From: Microbotryum violaceum
Taxonomy: Eukaryota
Length of the DNA stretch: 64,000 bases
Assembly: GCA_001244265.2 (NCBI GenBank)
Contig: CDLV01000011.1
Coordinates: forward strand, 930,001 to 994,000
Reading direction: 5' to 3'
The translations under genes and the position numbers were made by a program. Under the pieces are notes generated by a model. The model ran no database searches. It had not been told where the DNA came from and saw nothing but the letters and a program-made list of their open reading frames with translations. Shown piece by piece: positions 1-12,000 of this stretch (positions are counted from its first letter, which is position 1; each line of letters opens with the position of its first letter).

Positions 1-59
1 CGCTAGGATGCCGTGCTTCTGACTTGGGAAACTTTCTGAACCGTGTCTTGCTGCAACAG

Positions 60-849
60 GTATCTGCACAGCCAGAACATCGTCTATCGGGATCTGAAGC
101 CCGAGAACTGCCTTCTCGACGGCTCCGGCCACGTCATCTTGTGCGACTTTGGATTATCCAAGCTGCTCGACTCACCCGAGGCCACGACTCGCACACTGTG
201 CGGAACGGCGGCTTTTACTGCTCCAGAGGTCCTGCTCGACATCAAGTACAGCTTCCCGTGCGATTTCTGGTCCCTCGGATGCCTCGCGTACGAGATGTGC
301 TATGGCTTCTCCCCCTTCTACGCCGAGAACCGAATCGAAGAGTACGAGCGCATCCTGTCGGGCGAGATCAAGATCCCCGCCAAGAAGGGCTACTCGCCCG
401 AAGGTCGCGATCTGTTGCAGCGCCTGTTGACGCGTGAACCGAGTGAACGCATTTCCACCGACGGGATCCGATCCCATGCCTTCTTTGAATCGATCGACTG
501 GACCAACCTCGCTCTGCGACAGGTCTCCCCACCGTTCAAGCCGCCGACTCATGCCGACGAGGACGCGTGCGATTATCACGATCTGGGGAGGTCGGGTCAT
601 TGGATGTTTGACGAAATCAGGGGCTGCCACTCGGCGCGCGGCTCGTTGTCGGAAGCGAACGGGAATGGGAATAAAACCCCCGACGAGGATGTCGATGGTT
701 TGTTCAGGAACTTCACCTTCACCGCCAAGGAGAAGGAGAAGGAGCTCGCGGCGAACAAGATGCTCGTAACCGAGCGCGCGAACGGGAACAAGGAGAAGAA
801 GATCGTTGGTGCGCAAGCGAGGCGGTCAAGCTTTGACCTCATGCCCTGA
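60..849 (+). CDS. AGC-family Ser/Thr kinase, Sch9/Ypk-like, last exon only (gene starts before the window)
   Basis: Acceptor CAG at 57-59, then YRDLKPEN, CDFGLSK, CGT..APE, DFWSLG, PPFKP and hydrophobic motif FRNFTF; stop at 847-849. Confidence 0.9.
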
Positions 850-1253
850 TTGCGGGATCGTCGTCGTCACGTTATCGTCGAGTATCGAGAAGGAGGAAAC
901 TGAGTGCTCGAGCCCTTCCCTACCATGTTGTACAAATTCCCCCATGTTCCAGCGACTTGTCCCCGTGTTGTCTCTACTGTGCTACTTATGCTACGAATCT
1001 TCTAATCACACCTGCGCTATGTTGTCGGATCTTATCCCATACTGTCCCATGTCTCGAATTATCTATCGTCTTTGCATTCGGTCTCTCGCAACATCATTAA
1101 GCCTTCCACTCCCGCCCCGTCGCCATGCATGCTTTGCGTCTTCCATTTCTTCACTTTACTTAAGCAGTATCGTTGAATTTACTAAAAGTGCTCCTGTGCG
1201 TTCCATTTGCATTCATTCATTACAACAAGCTTTGTGCTACTCGGGTATCGAGA

Positions 1254-2707
1254 TCACATCTGTGCGTTTTGAGAAGCGACGTCGTCGAACGCTGTCGATG
1301 TTGGGTGGTCGCAGGGACCAAGGGCCTTTTCAAAGTGAAGAGAGTGGGATGAGCATTCTTTCGAGAACGTGAAGCTGTCGATTGTGCGAGAGAAAAAGTA
1401 CTGACATCCATAGTGAACTCTCCTTTCGTCCGCCGTGTCGGTCCAGGCGCGGCCAAGAGTTTTGTCAATCTGAAATCCGTCGAAAAAAACAAGATCAGTC
1501 CTGTACAAACCGACATGTCAGATAGGGAAAGAATCCCTTCATCCACCTTTCTCCCTCCAAATCAAAGTACAACACGATCCTATAGAACTGCACCCCTTCA
1601 TTGACGGGGATCCAACTCTCCCCCAGTTGAGGGATCAACAAAGCCTCAGCATCCTTGTTCGACCCTCCGAATGTGGTCGGTTCACCATTCGGGTCGAAAA
1701 GCTTGAGTGCCAAGGCGGAGGTGAGTATTATGGTGAGTTTGTGCTGCAACGTTAGGCGGTGTATGAGGGAGTGCAACTGGGCGAGGATATAGGTTCGGGT
1801 TTGAGGGGTGAGGGAGGTCGGTCGCAGGTGCGAGGTCAGCGAGTCCAGTATTAGGAGTGTGACCTGCGGAGCGGGGGAGAGGGGGCGTTTGAGGCGATGC
1901 ACGGGGCGAAAGGGTGATTGAATGAGTCAGAAGATTTTATACCAGAAACATTGTGCTGATATAATTCCCCTGACCTTGGGGTGCTCTTCGAGCCATGCCG
2001 GTAACGAATACAGCAATGCGATCAGGAGCGAGACGTCGGTGATCCTTTGGTAGTGCAGTCCGTCGAGCGCGGCTTGGACGTCGCTTGCATCACCTGTTGG
2101 AGGAGAAGTTCAATTTAGACAAAATTCATCGAATATCCTGTTCTCGGAGCGCTTTACTGACTCGCCTCCTGTGTGTTGGGCAAACAGTGTTGCCGTTTTG
2201 TGGATCAATGAAGGCAGAAGAGATCCTTCGGCGTCTGGAAGAATATGATCGTTTCCCAGAGATTAGTTTGAGAACCTCGAGGCTGGAAAAATTGTACCAA
2301 GTAGGAACACTCTTGCCCACGATCAAAACTTCCTTGCCCGTTGATGAAGTCGATTCGTCGTCTTCGTCGTCGTCGTCGTCGTCCCTCGAAGCTGCGATCG
2401 CGTTGAACCTCGTATGCAGTGCATACCCTAGCGCGGTCCTCGTCTTGCCCGATCCGGGAGGTCCAACCAGCTCCAACACCGATGCTTGTGCCAACCCTGT
2501 CGATGTCGATGCTGTCGCAGAAGAATCGCCAGCTGCTCCGGCTACGAAGGCGACGGCCGCCGCGGGGTTGGCTGACGTCGCAGCGGGCGAGACGAGATCA
2601 TCGATCGCCGAGCATGCACACGAGTACCGAGGCGTGTGCAGCGACTCTTGAAGTAAGGCTAGTGCGGTCTGTGAGTGCGCCACTGGAGCGGCTGGGGGTC
2701 GGGTCAT
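1254..2707 (-). CDS. Rad51 paralog (RecA-fold, RAD51C/Rad55-like), multi-exon
   Basis: Walker A LELVGPPGSGKT, spliced LIV-DAEGS, Walker B LLILDSL, LIPQLGESW motif; last exons inferred from splice sites. Confidence 0.8.
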
Positions 2708-2807
2708 GGGGATACGGATCGCCTCGGCGTCATGCGAGAGAGCGTGAAGGAAGAGGTCAAAGCGGCGAATGACTTCGCGCGAGGGGAGCGTTTTTCGGTC
2801 ATCATGC

Positions 2808-2890
2808 ATCACGCATCACGCGTCGCGTCGCGTGAAAGCCATGGCCCGACGTGGTCCGCGCGCGGGGACGACGTGGTTGGCGCGTCTAAG
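2808..2890. promoter_or_regulatory. Cluster of MCB-like (ACGCGT/CGCG) sites in a ~270 bp bidirectional promoter
   Basis: ACGCGT at 2818-2823 followed by TCGCGT copies and more CGCG cores between the divergent ATGs at 2707 and 2979. Confidence 0.55.
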
Positions 2891-2978
2891 TTGGCAGGCG
2901 GGCTTGCTCACCACCCTAAACCCATCCACAGCCAAACGATCGCACGAACCGGCCGCGGCGAGGCATCATCAACCAACG

Positions 2979-5900
2979 ATGAGCAAGAAGCAATATAACG
3001 AGCCTATCAAGGGCCAAGCCTCGCTATTCTCCTTCTTCAAGAAGAGCAGCGACACGCCGTTGTCCTCGGCGCCGTCGCAGCGGGCCACTCCCTCCTCGAC
3101 CACGACTACAGCTCGTAGCACCGGTAGCACCACCGCCACTTCGACCGCCGCCTCGTCCGGGACCAAGCAGCTTTCGACGCCTCTGACAGCCTGCAAGAAG
3201 CCTGCATCGTCTCTTTGGACTGCCAGCTCCAAGAAGCAAGCCGAGGACGGCGCGACCGGCACCGCTGCTGCCCCCACCTCGTCTTCGTTAGGGGGCACGA
3301 AGAATGTCAACCGCACACCGCTGACCGAATGTCGCCTCGCTCCTTCGTCGTCGGCATCGTCGCCGGCAGCCGCGCCGGCGCATGTCGGGTCTATGGCCAA
3401 CACCCCTCCTCTCCCTTCGGAAGCCGACGCGGTCGTCCCTTCGTCCTCCTCGGCGCCGTCCTCGGTCAAAATCGTTAGTCTCCGCTGGTCGGAACTTCTT
3501 ATGCACGCGTCTTGCACAGAGCTGACCTGACACGATTCACTGTCGCGCTAGCCTACGAAACGATCTGCTGTAGTCGACTCGGAAGATGACGAAGCCGAGG
3601 ACGAGATCGTCGCCTTCAAGAAGAAGTTTTCTGTGGCCAAAACCAGAGCCAAGGCCACGGCCGTTGCTGACTCTGAAGATGAGCGAGGTGGGTCTGCTTC
3701 ACGGTCTGGGATCAAGTCGGGCACTGGCGTCGGCTGATGCTTGCACATTCGAGCCCTGCAGCGTTCCTTGATGATGATAGCTCATCGGAGGAAGAGGTCC
3801 GACCCCGCAAGAAGGCGACCAAGGGCAAGGGCAAGAAGGCCGACGACGACGACGATTTCTCAGCGAGTGGGGGTGCCGACAGCGACAGTCAGTCGCGAGT
3901 CACGAATTTGTAGAGGGTCCATCAATATTACTGACGCCTGTCTTGTGCTGTAGGTGAAGACTACTTCAAGGACGACATCGACATGGACGAGGTCGATAGC
4001 GACGCTTTCGAGCCTGCGCCCAAGAGCAAGGGCAAATCCGTCGCTTCGTCTTCCCCTTCAACGAGCAAGAAGGCGGCCCCGCCTGCGTCACGACCACCCC
4101 TCAAACCAGCTGGTGCTTCGGGCTCGGGCGGGCTGTCAAGCATCAAGACGCAAGCCGAAGTGGCGCGAGAGGTTAGTCGTGCCGGTGCCGAGCGCAACTG
4201 CTCACGCTGACGACCGTGATTGGCGATACAGAAAGCGAAGCAGCAGAAGAACGCCAACGAGGCCACCTTCAGCTTCCTTGTGGATCCCAAAGATGTGAGT
4301 CTATGCCCGAGATGTTGCACGCGGCGAGACGGATGTGCGTTCTGACAAAAATGGTTCTGGTCAGGCCGACGGCATTCGTCCTGGAGAGCCGGGTTACGAT
4401 CCTCGCACGTTGCGCATCCCGACGAAAGCGTGGAACACATTCACGCCTTTCGAGCGTCAGTTCTGGGAGATCAAGCAGAATCACTATGACACGGTCCTTT
4501 TCTTCCAAAAAGGCAAATTCTTCGAGCTCGTGAGTTGTTTTCCAGATCGGATGGCTGCTATGGCCCGCTGATTCATCCTTCCACTTGTGATCGCAGTACG
4601 AGGAGGATGCCGCGATCGGACATCGCGAATTTGATCTAAAGCTGACCGATCGCGTCAAGATGAAGATGGTCGGAGTGCCCGAGGCGAGCTTCGATTTTTG
4701 GGCCGCCAAGTTCCTCGCCCAGGGGTACAAGGTCGGCCGCGTCGACCAAGTCGAGACCGCGTTGGGCGCCGAAATCCGAGTCAAGGACGGCAAGGCGAAC
4801 GGCAAGCCCGCGGCGAAGAAGACCGGCAGCCAGAAGGAGATTGTTCGCCGTGAATTGAAGAGCGTGTTGACATCGGGTACGCTCGTCGATGGTAGCTTGC
4901 TTACGGATGACTTGTCGAGTCACTGCGTTGCTATCAAGGTCAGTCTCGTAGCGTTCAGCGTCAGGAGCAGACCTGAGCAGGTGTCTCAGCATGAGCTTTG
5001 GTGACCTCACACAGGAGGACACCCCAACCGCATCGTCGATCCCCACCTTCGGGGTATGCGTGCTCGACGCCTCCACGGCCCAGTTCGACCTTTCATTCTT
5101 CGCCGACGACACGGGACGCACCCAACTCGAGACGCTCATCCGTCAGCTCAAGCCAAAGGAGGTGATCCACGAGAAAGGCAACTTGACCGTCTCGACCTTG
5201 CGCCTCTTGCGCTCCTGCCTCAGCATCGACACTCAGTGGACCGCGCTCAAAGCGGGCACCGAGTTCAAACGCGCCGACGACACGCGCAAGTCGCTCGTCA
5301 AGCTTTTCAAACAGGCCAAGGAGGCCAACTCAAGCAACGACGATATCGATGTCGAGACGACCGCCGCCGAGGAAGAGGTGGCGCTGGTACCCGAGAGCAT
5401 CCGCTCAATGTACGACAAACCTCTCGCCATGTCGGCCCTGGGAGGCATGATCTGGTACCTCGAGCAGCTCAACCTCGACAAGGAGCTCGTGACCAACAAC
5501 AACTTCAACATCTACGACCCATTGTCCCAGGGTCGTGCGCTAGTGCTTGACGGCCAAACCTTGGCTCACATCGAGGTATTGCAGAACTCTCAGGGTGGCA
5601 TCGAAGGGACGCTGCTGCAGCTGCTCAGTCGCTGCGTCACCCCCTTTGGCAAGCGTCTCTTCAAAGTCTGGCTGTGCGCTCCCTTGCGAGAGGCCGCGGC
5701 AATCAACCAGCGCCTCGATGCCGTGGAGGATTTGCTCGCTCACGCCAATTTTGTCTCGACTTTTGACTCGATGGCCAAAAATCTGCCAGATCTTGAGCGC
5801 ATGCTTTCGCGCATCCACGCCAAGTCATGCAAGAAGCAGGACTTCCTCAAGGTCGTCGCCTCCTTTGGCAAGGTCGCGAGGACGCTCGAGGTGCTCGGCA

Positions 5901-8172
5901 ACCTCGCGGACGAGTTCGTTTCGACTGGAATCCCGCAGTTGATTCGGAGTGCGCCGGATCTGGGGCCTTTGCTGGAGGAGGTTGAGGCGATGTATGACGG
6001 GGACGAGTTACTGCCTGTTGAAGGCAAGGACGAGCAGTATGAGGTGAGTGGGTAGCCTGGGCACGGTCTAAAGCTGGTTACTGATGTTTCTGGCCATCTT
6101 TCCGCAGGTTGTTCGGCGCAAGGTCGAGCAGATCGAGGAACAGCTGGATGAGCAGTTGGAGAAAGCCAAGAAGGATTTACGGTGAGTCGAGGGCCCATCT
6201 CGATGGCGCAAACTTCCTCAGCTGCTGAGCCGAATTTACACCCTCTCGTCTGCAACAGCTGCCCCGCAATTATCTACCGCGATATTGGCACCAAGGATAT
6301 CTTCCAGGTCATTGATCACTTTTCGTCCGTGTCGTCGAAAAAAACAAAGACACGAGTGCTGATCTGTGGTCCCTGCCTTTGCTGTGATTCCAGATCCAGA
6401 TTCCGGTCAAGATCAAAGCACCTTCCAATTGGACCAAGATGTCTAGCACCAAAGTGAGCCCGAGCTCAGTTACAGCCAATGTGAGCCTGCGCTGAGCAAA
6501 ACGTGTATCTTCCTCGCCTCTCAGGATGTGGATCGTTACTGGTCGCCCGAAGTGACGCGTTTGGTGACCAAGCTCAAGGAGGCGCGTGAGCGCAAGCAAA
6601 CTGTCGTCAACGAGTTTCTCTTGCGCGTCTACGCTGCCTTTGACCGCGACTATTCAACGTTCTTACAAGTCGTCAAGACAGTCGCCGAGCTCGACTGTCT
6701 GTTGAGTCTGTCCAAGAGTTCGGCGGCGCTCGGTGAGCCCGCGGTCCGACCAGAGATCGTGGCCAATTCGGATCGCGCTGTGCTCGAGTTCGAGGAGCTG
6801 CGCCATCCTTGCGTACTCAAGTGAGTTGATTCACTGCGATGGGTTCTTTATATCGCTTTTGTTCATGTACTCATTCGAGCTTTGTGCAGTGCTTCGGTCG
6901 ATTTCATCCCCAACGACGTTGCTCTTGGTGGTGACGCCGAGCAGCTCATCTTACTTACGGGTCCCAATGTGAGAATCCTAGCCCACGGGACTGTTTTGAT
7001 TGAAGCTTACAAGGTTTCTTGATCTTCCCAGATGGCGGGTAAAAGCACACTATTGCGCATGACCTGTGCCGCCATCATCATGGCTCAACGTGCGTGTGAA
7101 GGGCACCACAGTGGAAACCCCCGTCCCAATCTGACTGACTGTCCATCTTCGCACAGTTGGCTGCTTCGTACCGGCTGCCAAAGCGCTCATCGCCCCTGTC
7201 GACGCCATCTACTCTCGAATGGGTGCCAACGACTTTATCTTTGCGAACGCATCAACGTTCAAGGTCGAAATGGACGACTGTAACAAGATCCTAACCAAGG
7301 CGACACCTCGATCGCTCGTCATTCTCGATGAGCTTGGACGCGGTACCAGCACGTATGATGGGATGGCGATTGCCTACTCGGTCTTGCATCGCTTGGCGAC
7401 CCATGTCGGTTGCGTCGGCTTCTTTGCTACCCATTTCACGTCGCTGACTGAGGACTTTGAGGTGAGTGGAAGACAACGACATCTTCAATCACCACAGGTG
7501 ATGGCCGCTGACAAAATTGTCCTCTCTGGATCACAGTACCATCCTCAGTGAGTCTCACTGCATTGCCGAGTATGTTCTTGTACGACAGTTCGCTGACCGC
7601 CAACTGGCTGCTCAGAATTCGACTGTGCAACATGAGCACTCAGGTCTCAAACGATACTCGAGCAGTAGTCTTCTTATACAAACTGGTGAGCTCAGGTGAA
7701 AATTTACATCTGTTCGTTGTGCTAGAACCTGACACCAGACTTGGGTGACTGTAGATCAACGGCTCGGCGCCAAAGTCGTACGGACCGCATGTGGCGGCGA
7801 TGGCGGGTATGCCCGAGTGAGTTGTCTGCTCTATCATTGTACAACTGGATCAACTGGAACACTTCACTAACCTCGAAACCTTTTGAGGATGTGTTCAGCT
7901 CGCTCGTTCAACGCGCGATCGACATCTCGCGTCAATTCGAGACAACCTCCCGAGCGCGCGAGCGCAAGATGCGCGCCAACGAGTCCCTGCCGCTAACGCT
8001 CCAAGCTGATGCAGCGTTCCTCATAAAGCTAGCTCAACTCGGCCTGGACTCATACGAAGGTGACAAGTCGCAGTTGGTTCGCACGTTCAAAACGATCAAG
8101 CAGGGTATCGATCTCGTGCACCGGAAACCTCGCGCGGCATCTCCATCGTCGTCCGCACCCACGGCTCCCTGA
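2979..8172 (+). CDS. MSH6: Mismatch repair protein MSH6, multi-exon
   Basis: N-terminal PIP box QASLFSFF, YDPRTLRIP, FFQKGKFFEL(Y), spliced GPNMAGKST, ILDELGRGTST, FATHF. Confidence 0.96.
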
Positions 8173-8738
8173 GGGGGCTGGTCCATGAACCCCTGTCAGC
8201 AATTTTTGCCCTCCCAATACCTCGCGCCGGGCCGGATATTCTCGTTTTCAGTGCTAATGGTATTTTGTGGCTAAGTGATTTTTCCGGAAATGTGCTTTGC
8301 GTTGTCATTAGAACCCTAGTTTATAGTTAGTGGCCTGCCATGTGCACCCTGTGTACCCTGTACGCCTTGCCTCACGTTGCGATTAGCGGAGCAGCCGAAA
8401 CGAAACGTGCGGGCTCCCAGTAAATCTTGAGCAAGTCCTGTGTACACGATAGAACGCTCTTGAGGATTTTGGATGGGATTTGATGGCATTGACTCTCTTG
8501 TGGCTTTTGAGCATGTACATATACATATGGGCGAGGGAGAAGCGGGCCCAGGGACAGATCGCATCCGGCTTCACTTTAGCGCGCGCACGAGCGATCCTTG
8601 CCGGGACAGGAAGAAGGCCGTGCAAGCACGCGCTTGGGCCGGTTCTCAAGGAGTTGCTCCCCGGGGCTCCTGTGGCTCCAACTGTACGGATTGTTGTAAT
8701 CAACGAAGATCCCGAAATGATCAACAAAAGAAGAAGAA

Positions 8739-8810
8739 CGGCTGGACCAAGAGTCGAACCTGGGTCGCTTCCATTAATCGGAAAAGCTTTGATTTCTAAG
8801 CTATCCGGCC
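8739..8810 (-). tRNA. tRNA-like cloverleaf, probable pseudo-tRNA, nominal anticodon TTA
   Basis: Minus strand GGCCGGA TA GCTT AGAAATCA AAGC T TTTCC GATTAAT GGAAG CGAC CCAGG TTCGACT CTTGG TCCAGCC G: four stems pair and B-box GGTTCGACTC is present, but D-loop GG and U33 are missing. Confidence 0.55.
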
Positions 8811-9425
8811 ACCAATATCAGTGCAAGGTCTACTAACACCTTCAACACTTCCCCTTAGACCTTTGCACTGCTGCCAGGCTATTGCAATGCGTCGACTCTA
8901 AGTCCCAATTGGACTCTGTGTCAAGCTTCTTCGGCAGCTCCGGCAGCTCTTTGCGGCCTCATTGGAAATATTTACATGAAAGGTTCTATAATAGATCCTC
9001 ACACGGATCCTATACGCCTCGAGCGAAGCGCGAACCCTGATCGACTTGGTCACCTCCCATCACGAAAGAAGGAGCAGGATTGACGCTCTTGATCGCCTTT
9101 CCCAGAAAACTGAGTAAGGGAAGGGCCCAAAGGTAGACTGTTCCCGCTTGCGAGCGAGCAGAATCTGGGCGCCTGCTCGCTCTACCCTCGGCCTTGCTCA
9201 CCCCTCCCTCCTCGCTCCGCTTCGCCTCTGACCTTCATCTCGGTGTGCGCCAATCTCTGATTATTTGGTGGTCAGGACGTCCGTCGGTTCTCTCTTCTTG
9301 TCCGTCTCCACACGCCTCACCTCACCCACCTACATCGGTTTCACGCCTAGCTCCAGCCTCGACGACATCTGCCTCCTGTCGCTTGTGAGCTAGTTTAATC
9401 GCACGCGATCCCTCAAGGCAGGTCG

Positions 9426-11783
9426 ATGGGCCCAACTACGCCCTATTCGACCCCACCCGAAGAATCCCAAAACCGTTTTGAAGACCCGATCATGATCCCC
9501 GAAAAGTTGTACGACGACGAATCGATCACGATGAGCAATGACTGACGCAACCGCCGCCAGCGCGACAGTTGGCCCGGCGTGCCGGCGACCTCGACGACCC
9601 ATCGTTCGATCTGGAAGAAGAAGCGCTGCTGGGCCATCCTTTTCTTTGTCGTGGCTGGTGTTACCTTTGCTGTTGCGTTGAGTGCTCGTTCTTACGAGGA
9701 TGCTCGCAAGAATGCCAAGGAGAATCATCGCATTGGCATGGCGCTGTGCGACCAGTACCCGACCCTTCCTTACTGGTGAGCAAGTTTGGCACTAGGCTCC
9801 GCCTCTTCCCGATTCACACTGACCTCGATCGTTTTGCCACTATAGCCTCAAAATTAAAGACGAGGTCGATCCTTACCATGGAACGCTTCGCTACGTATAT
9901 GTAGTGGTTTCGATCAACCACACCACCGCTTCTCTTTCGAACGACACCACTGCCGCGCCGTCCAACTCGACCGGCCCTTCTCTGATCCACTCATCATCGA
10001 CGCCGAGCAATACTGGAATGCCAAGCTCGCCAAGCAGAGTCATTCGCTCGTCCAAGCCGTTGCGGAGCACAAGCGACGTTACAACCAGAACCCTCCCGTC
10101 GGTTTCTATCGATGGTACCAGTCGGCGAGACAACAACGTCCAGCTCATCGACGAATATGACTCGATTTACGAGATCATCTCCCTTACGCCTCGATTCCGA
10201 GTGCGATCCTTCGGGAGCGATCGGATTTGCTCCAAGAGGACGAAACGCTGTGGGTCCACAACTTCAGTTTCACGATCGACGTGACAAACCACAACGCAAC
10301 CCTGGAGGGCCCGATGACGAAAGGAACTCGCGCGTGGAGAACCTCTTGTTGCTCATGGAGGGTATCTTGCCCATGCTTCCCGATCTCAACTTGACCGCGA
10401 CTGGACACAATTCCGGCTACATCGTCGCCTCGACCAACATGAAGGCGAAACACATTGAGGCCGCCAAGGCCAAGCGATGTAAGTCATAGATCGTTTCCAT
10501 CCTCCCTCACGGCCATCCTCTGATAACTTTGTATATTCCCACCGTTTCAGACCTCACTGAGGACCAGCTCATGTACTTTGACGATTACAAGACTCTGAGT
10601 AAGTCCCGATGCGGGATTCCCAGTATCTTCTATCCCTCTAGTGGCGAGCTGACCAATGGCTTCATCAGCCACTCCCTCCCAGTGGCTGGCAATCTCTTTG
10701 TCCCCGCGGCTCACCCATTCGCAACGTCTCTTACATCGCCGACCGGCTGGCTAAGAACGAGCGCAAGCAAATCACTTTCATCGAGGACCACAAGGAGGCG
10801 ATGAACATGTGCAACCATTCCGAGATCCAGCCCCTTCATCGATACACATTCTCGTCGGGTCCTCGACCGGCTCTCTTGTTCCCCCTCTTCGCTTTCGCCA
10901 CCACGACCATGCACAACGACCTCTTGCTCCCTTCGCTCGAGCAATGGGAGGTGCCACCCGGAGACAACCCCAGTTGGGTCAAAAAGACCAACGACAAGGT
11001 CGTTTGGCGTGGAACCGCGTTCAACTTGAACCTTTCGGACAAGACCAACCGCGAGATGTCGCAGCGACCTCGATTGATCGAGTGTGAGTTTGATGAGCCC
11101 TGGAGACACTCTATGCGCCTTCGCTGGAACTGACCTGTGGGTTCGGGCTTGATTATTTCGACAGTCGGAGACGTCGACGGAAACGTGACTGTTTAACTCT
11201 CGCTCAGCGACACAAATGACACGATCGGCCCCATGACGGCCTACACCGTGCCCGCTCGTGAACTCGCTGCGGACTACTTCGACTTTGCTCTCGTCGGCGA
11301 CATTTCCTCCAACTGCCTTCCCGAGGACCAACCCTTTCCGACCAGTTCAAATCTACGCACCGCTTCAGCCCCTTCATGACACGCGAGGAACAAAGCGTCT
11401 ACAAGTACACGATGGATATCGATGGCAACTCATGGTCAGGTCCTTTACATACCTTGATGAGCTCCAATTCGCTCGTGCTCAAGTCGACGATTCGTCCTGA
11501 ATGGTACTTTGAACGTATTCAACCTTGGTACCACTACATCCCCGTCAATGTTGATTATACGGACCTGTTCAATATCATGGCTTTCTTCAAAGGTGATATC
11601 GATGGCAATGGCGCGTACGACCAACTCGCCGAGACGATGGCCGCTCAATCCAAGGAATGGGCCGCGGCGTACTGGCGTTGGGAGGACATGCAGGCGTACC
11701 TCTACCGCCTGTTGCTAGAGTACAATCGCGTCATGCAGCGCAATCCCAACAATTACAACAGCCACCACTTTACGCAATATTAA
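9426..11783 (+). pseudogene. GT90 (CAP10/Cxt1-like beta-1,2-xylosyltransferase) pseudogene
   Basis: TM anchor, KVVWRGT, YKYTMDIDGNSWSG, PWYHYIPV, WRWEDMQAYLYRLLLEY; in-frame TGA at 9543, TAA near 11194 and several frameshifts. Confidence 0.8.
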
Positions 11784-12000
11784 GAGCATCCCTTCTTTCT
11801 TAGGCTCTTCATCGTCCCGGGGGATTTTCTGTTCAGTACTTTGATAGCGCTTCACCTTCCTTTCTCTGTAGCCTATCTCAATGGTCCAACCTTGAAACTT
11901 GTAGCATCTTTGCATACCGCGACCATACATAATGTTGCGAGACAACGTTGTGGATCAAGCGTATACCCTGTACAAGAAGGAGACCCAAGGTCAGTAAAGC

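Noticed and set aside
172-816. Long antisense and alternate-frame ORFs over real genes (this and many others in the track)
   Set aside because: Shadow ORFs typical of GC-rich coding DNA, with no motifs
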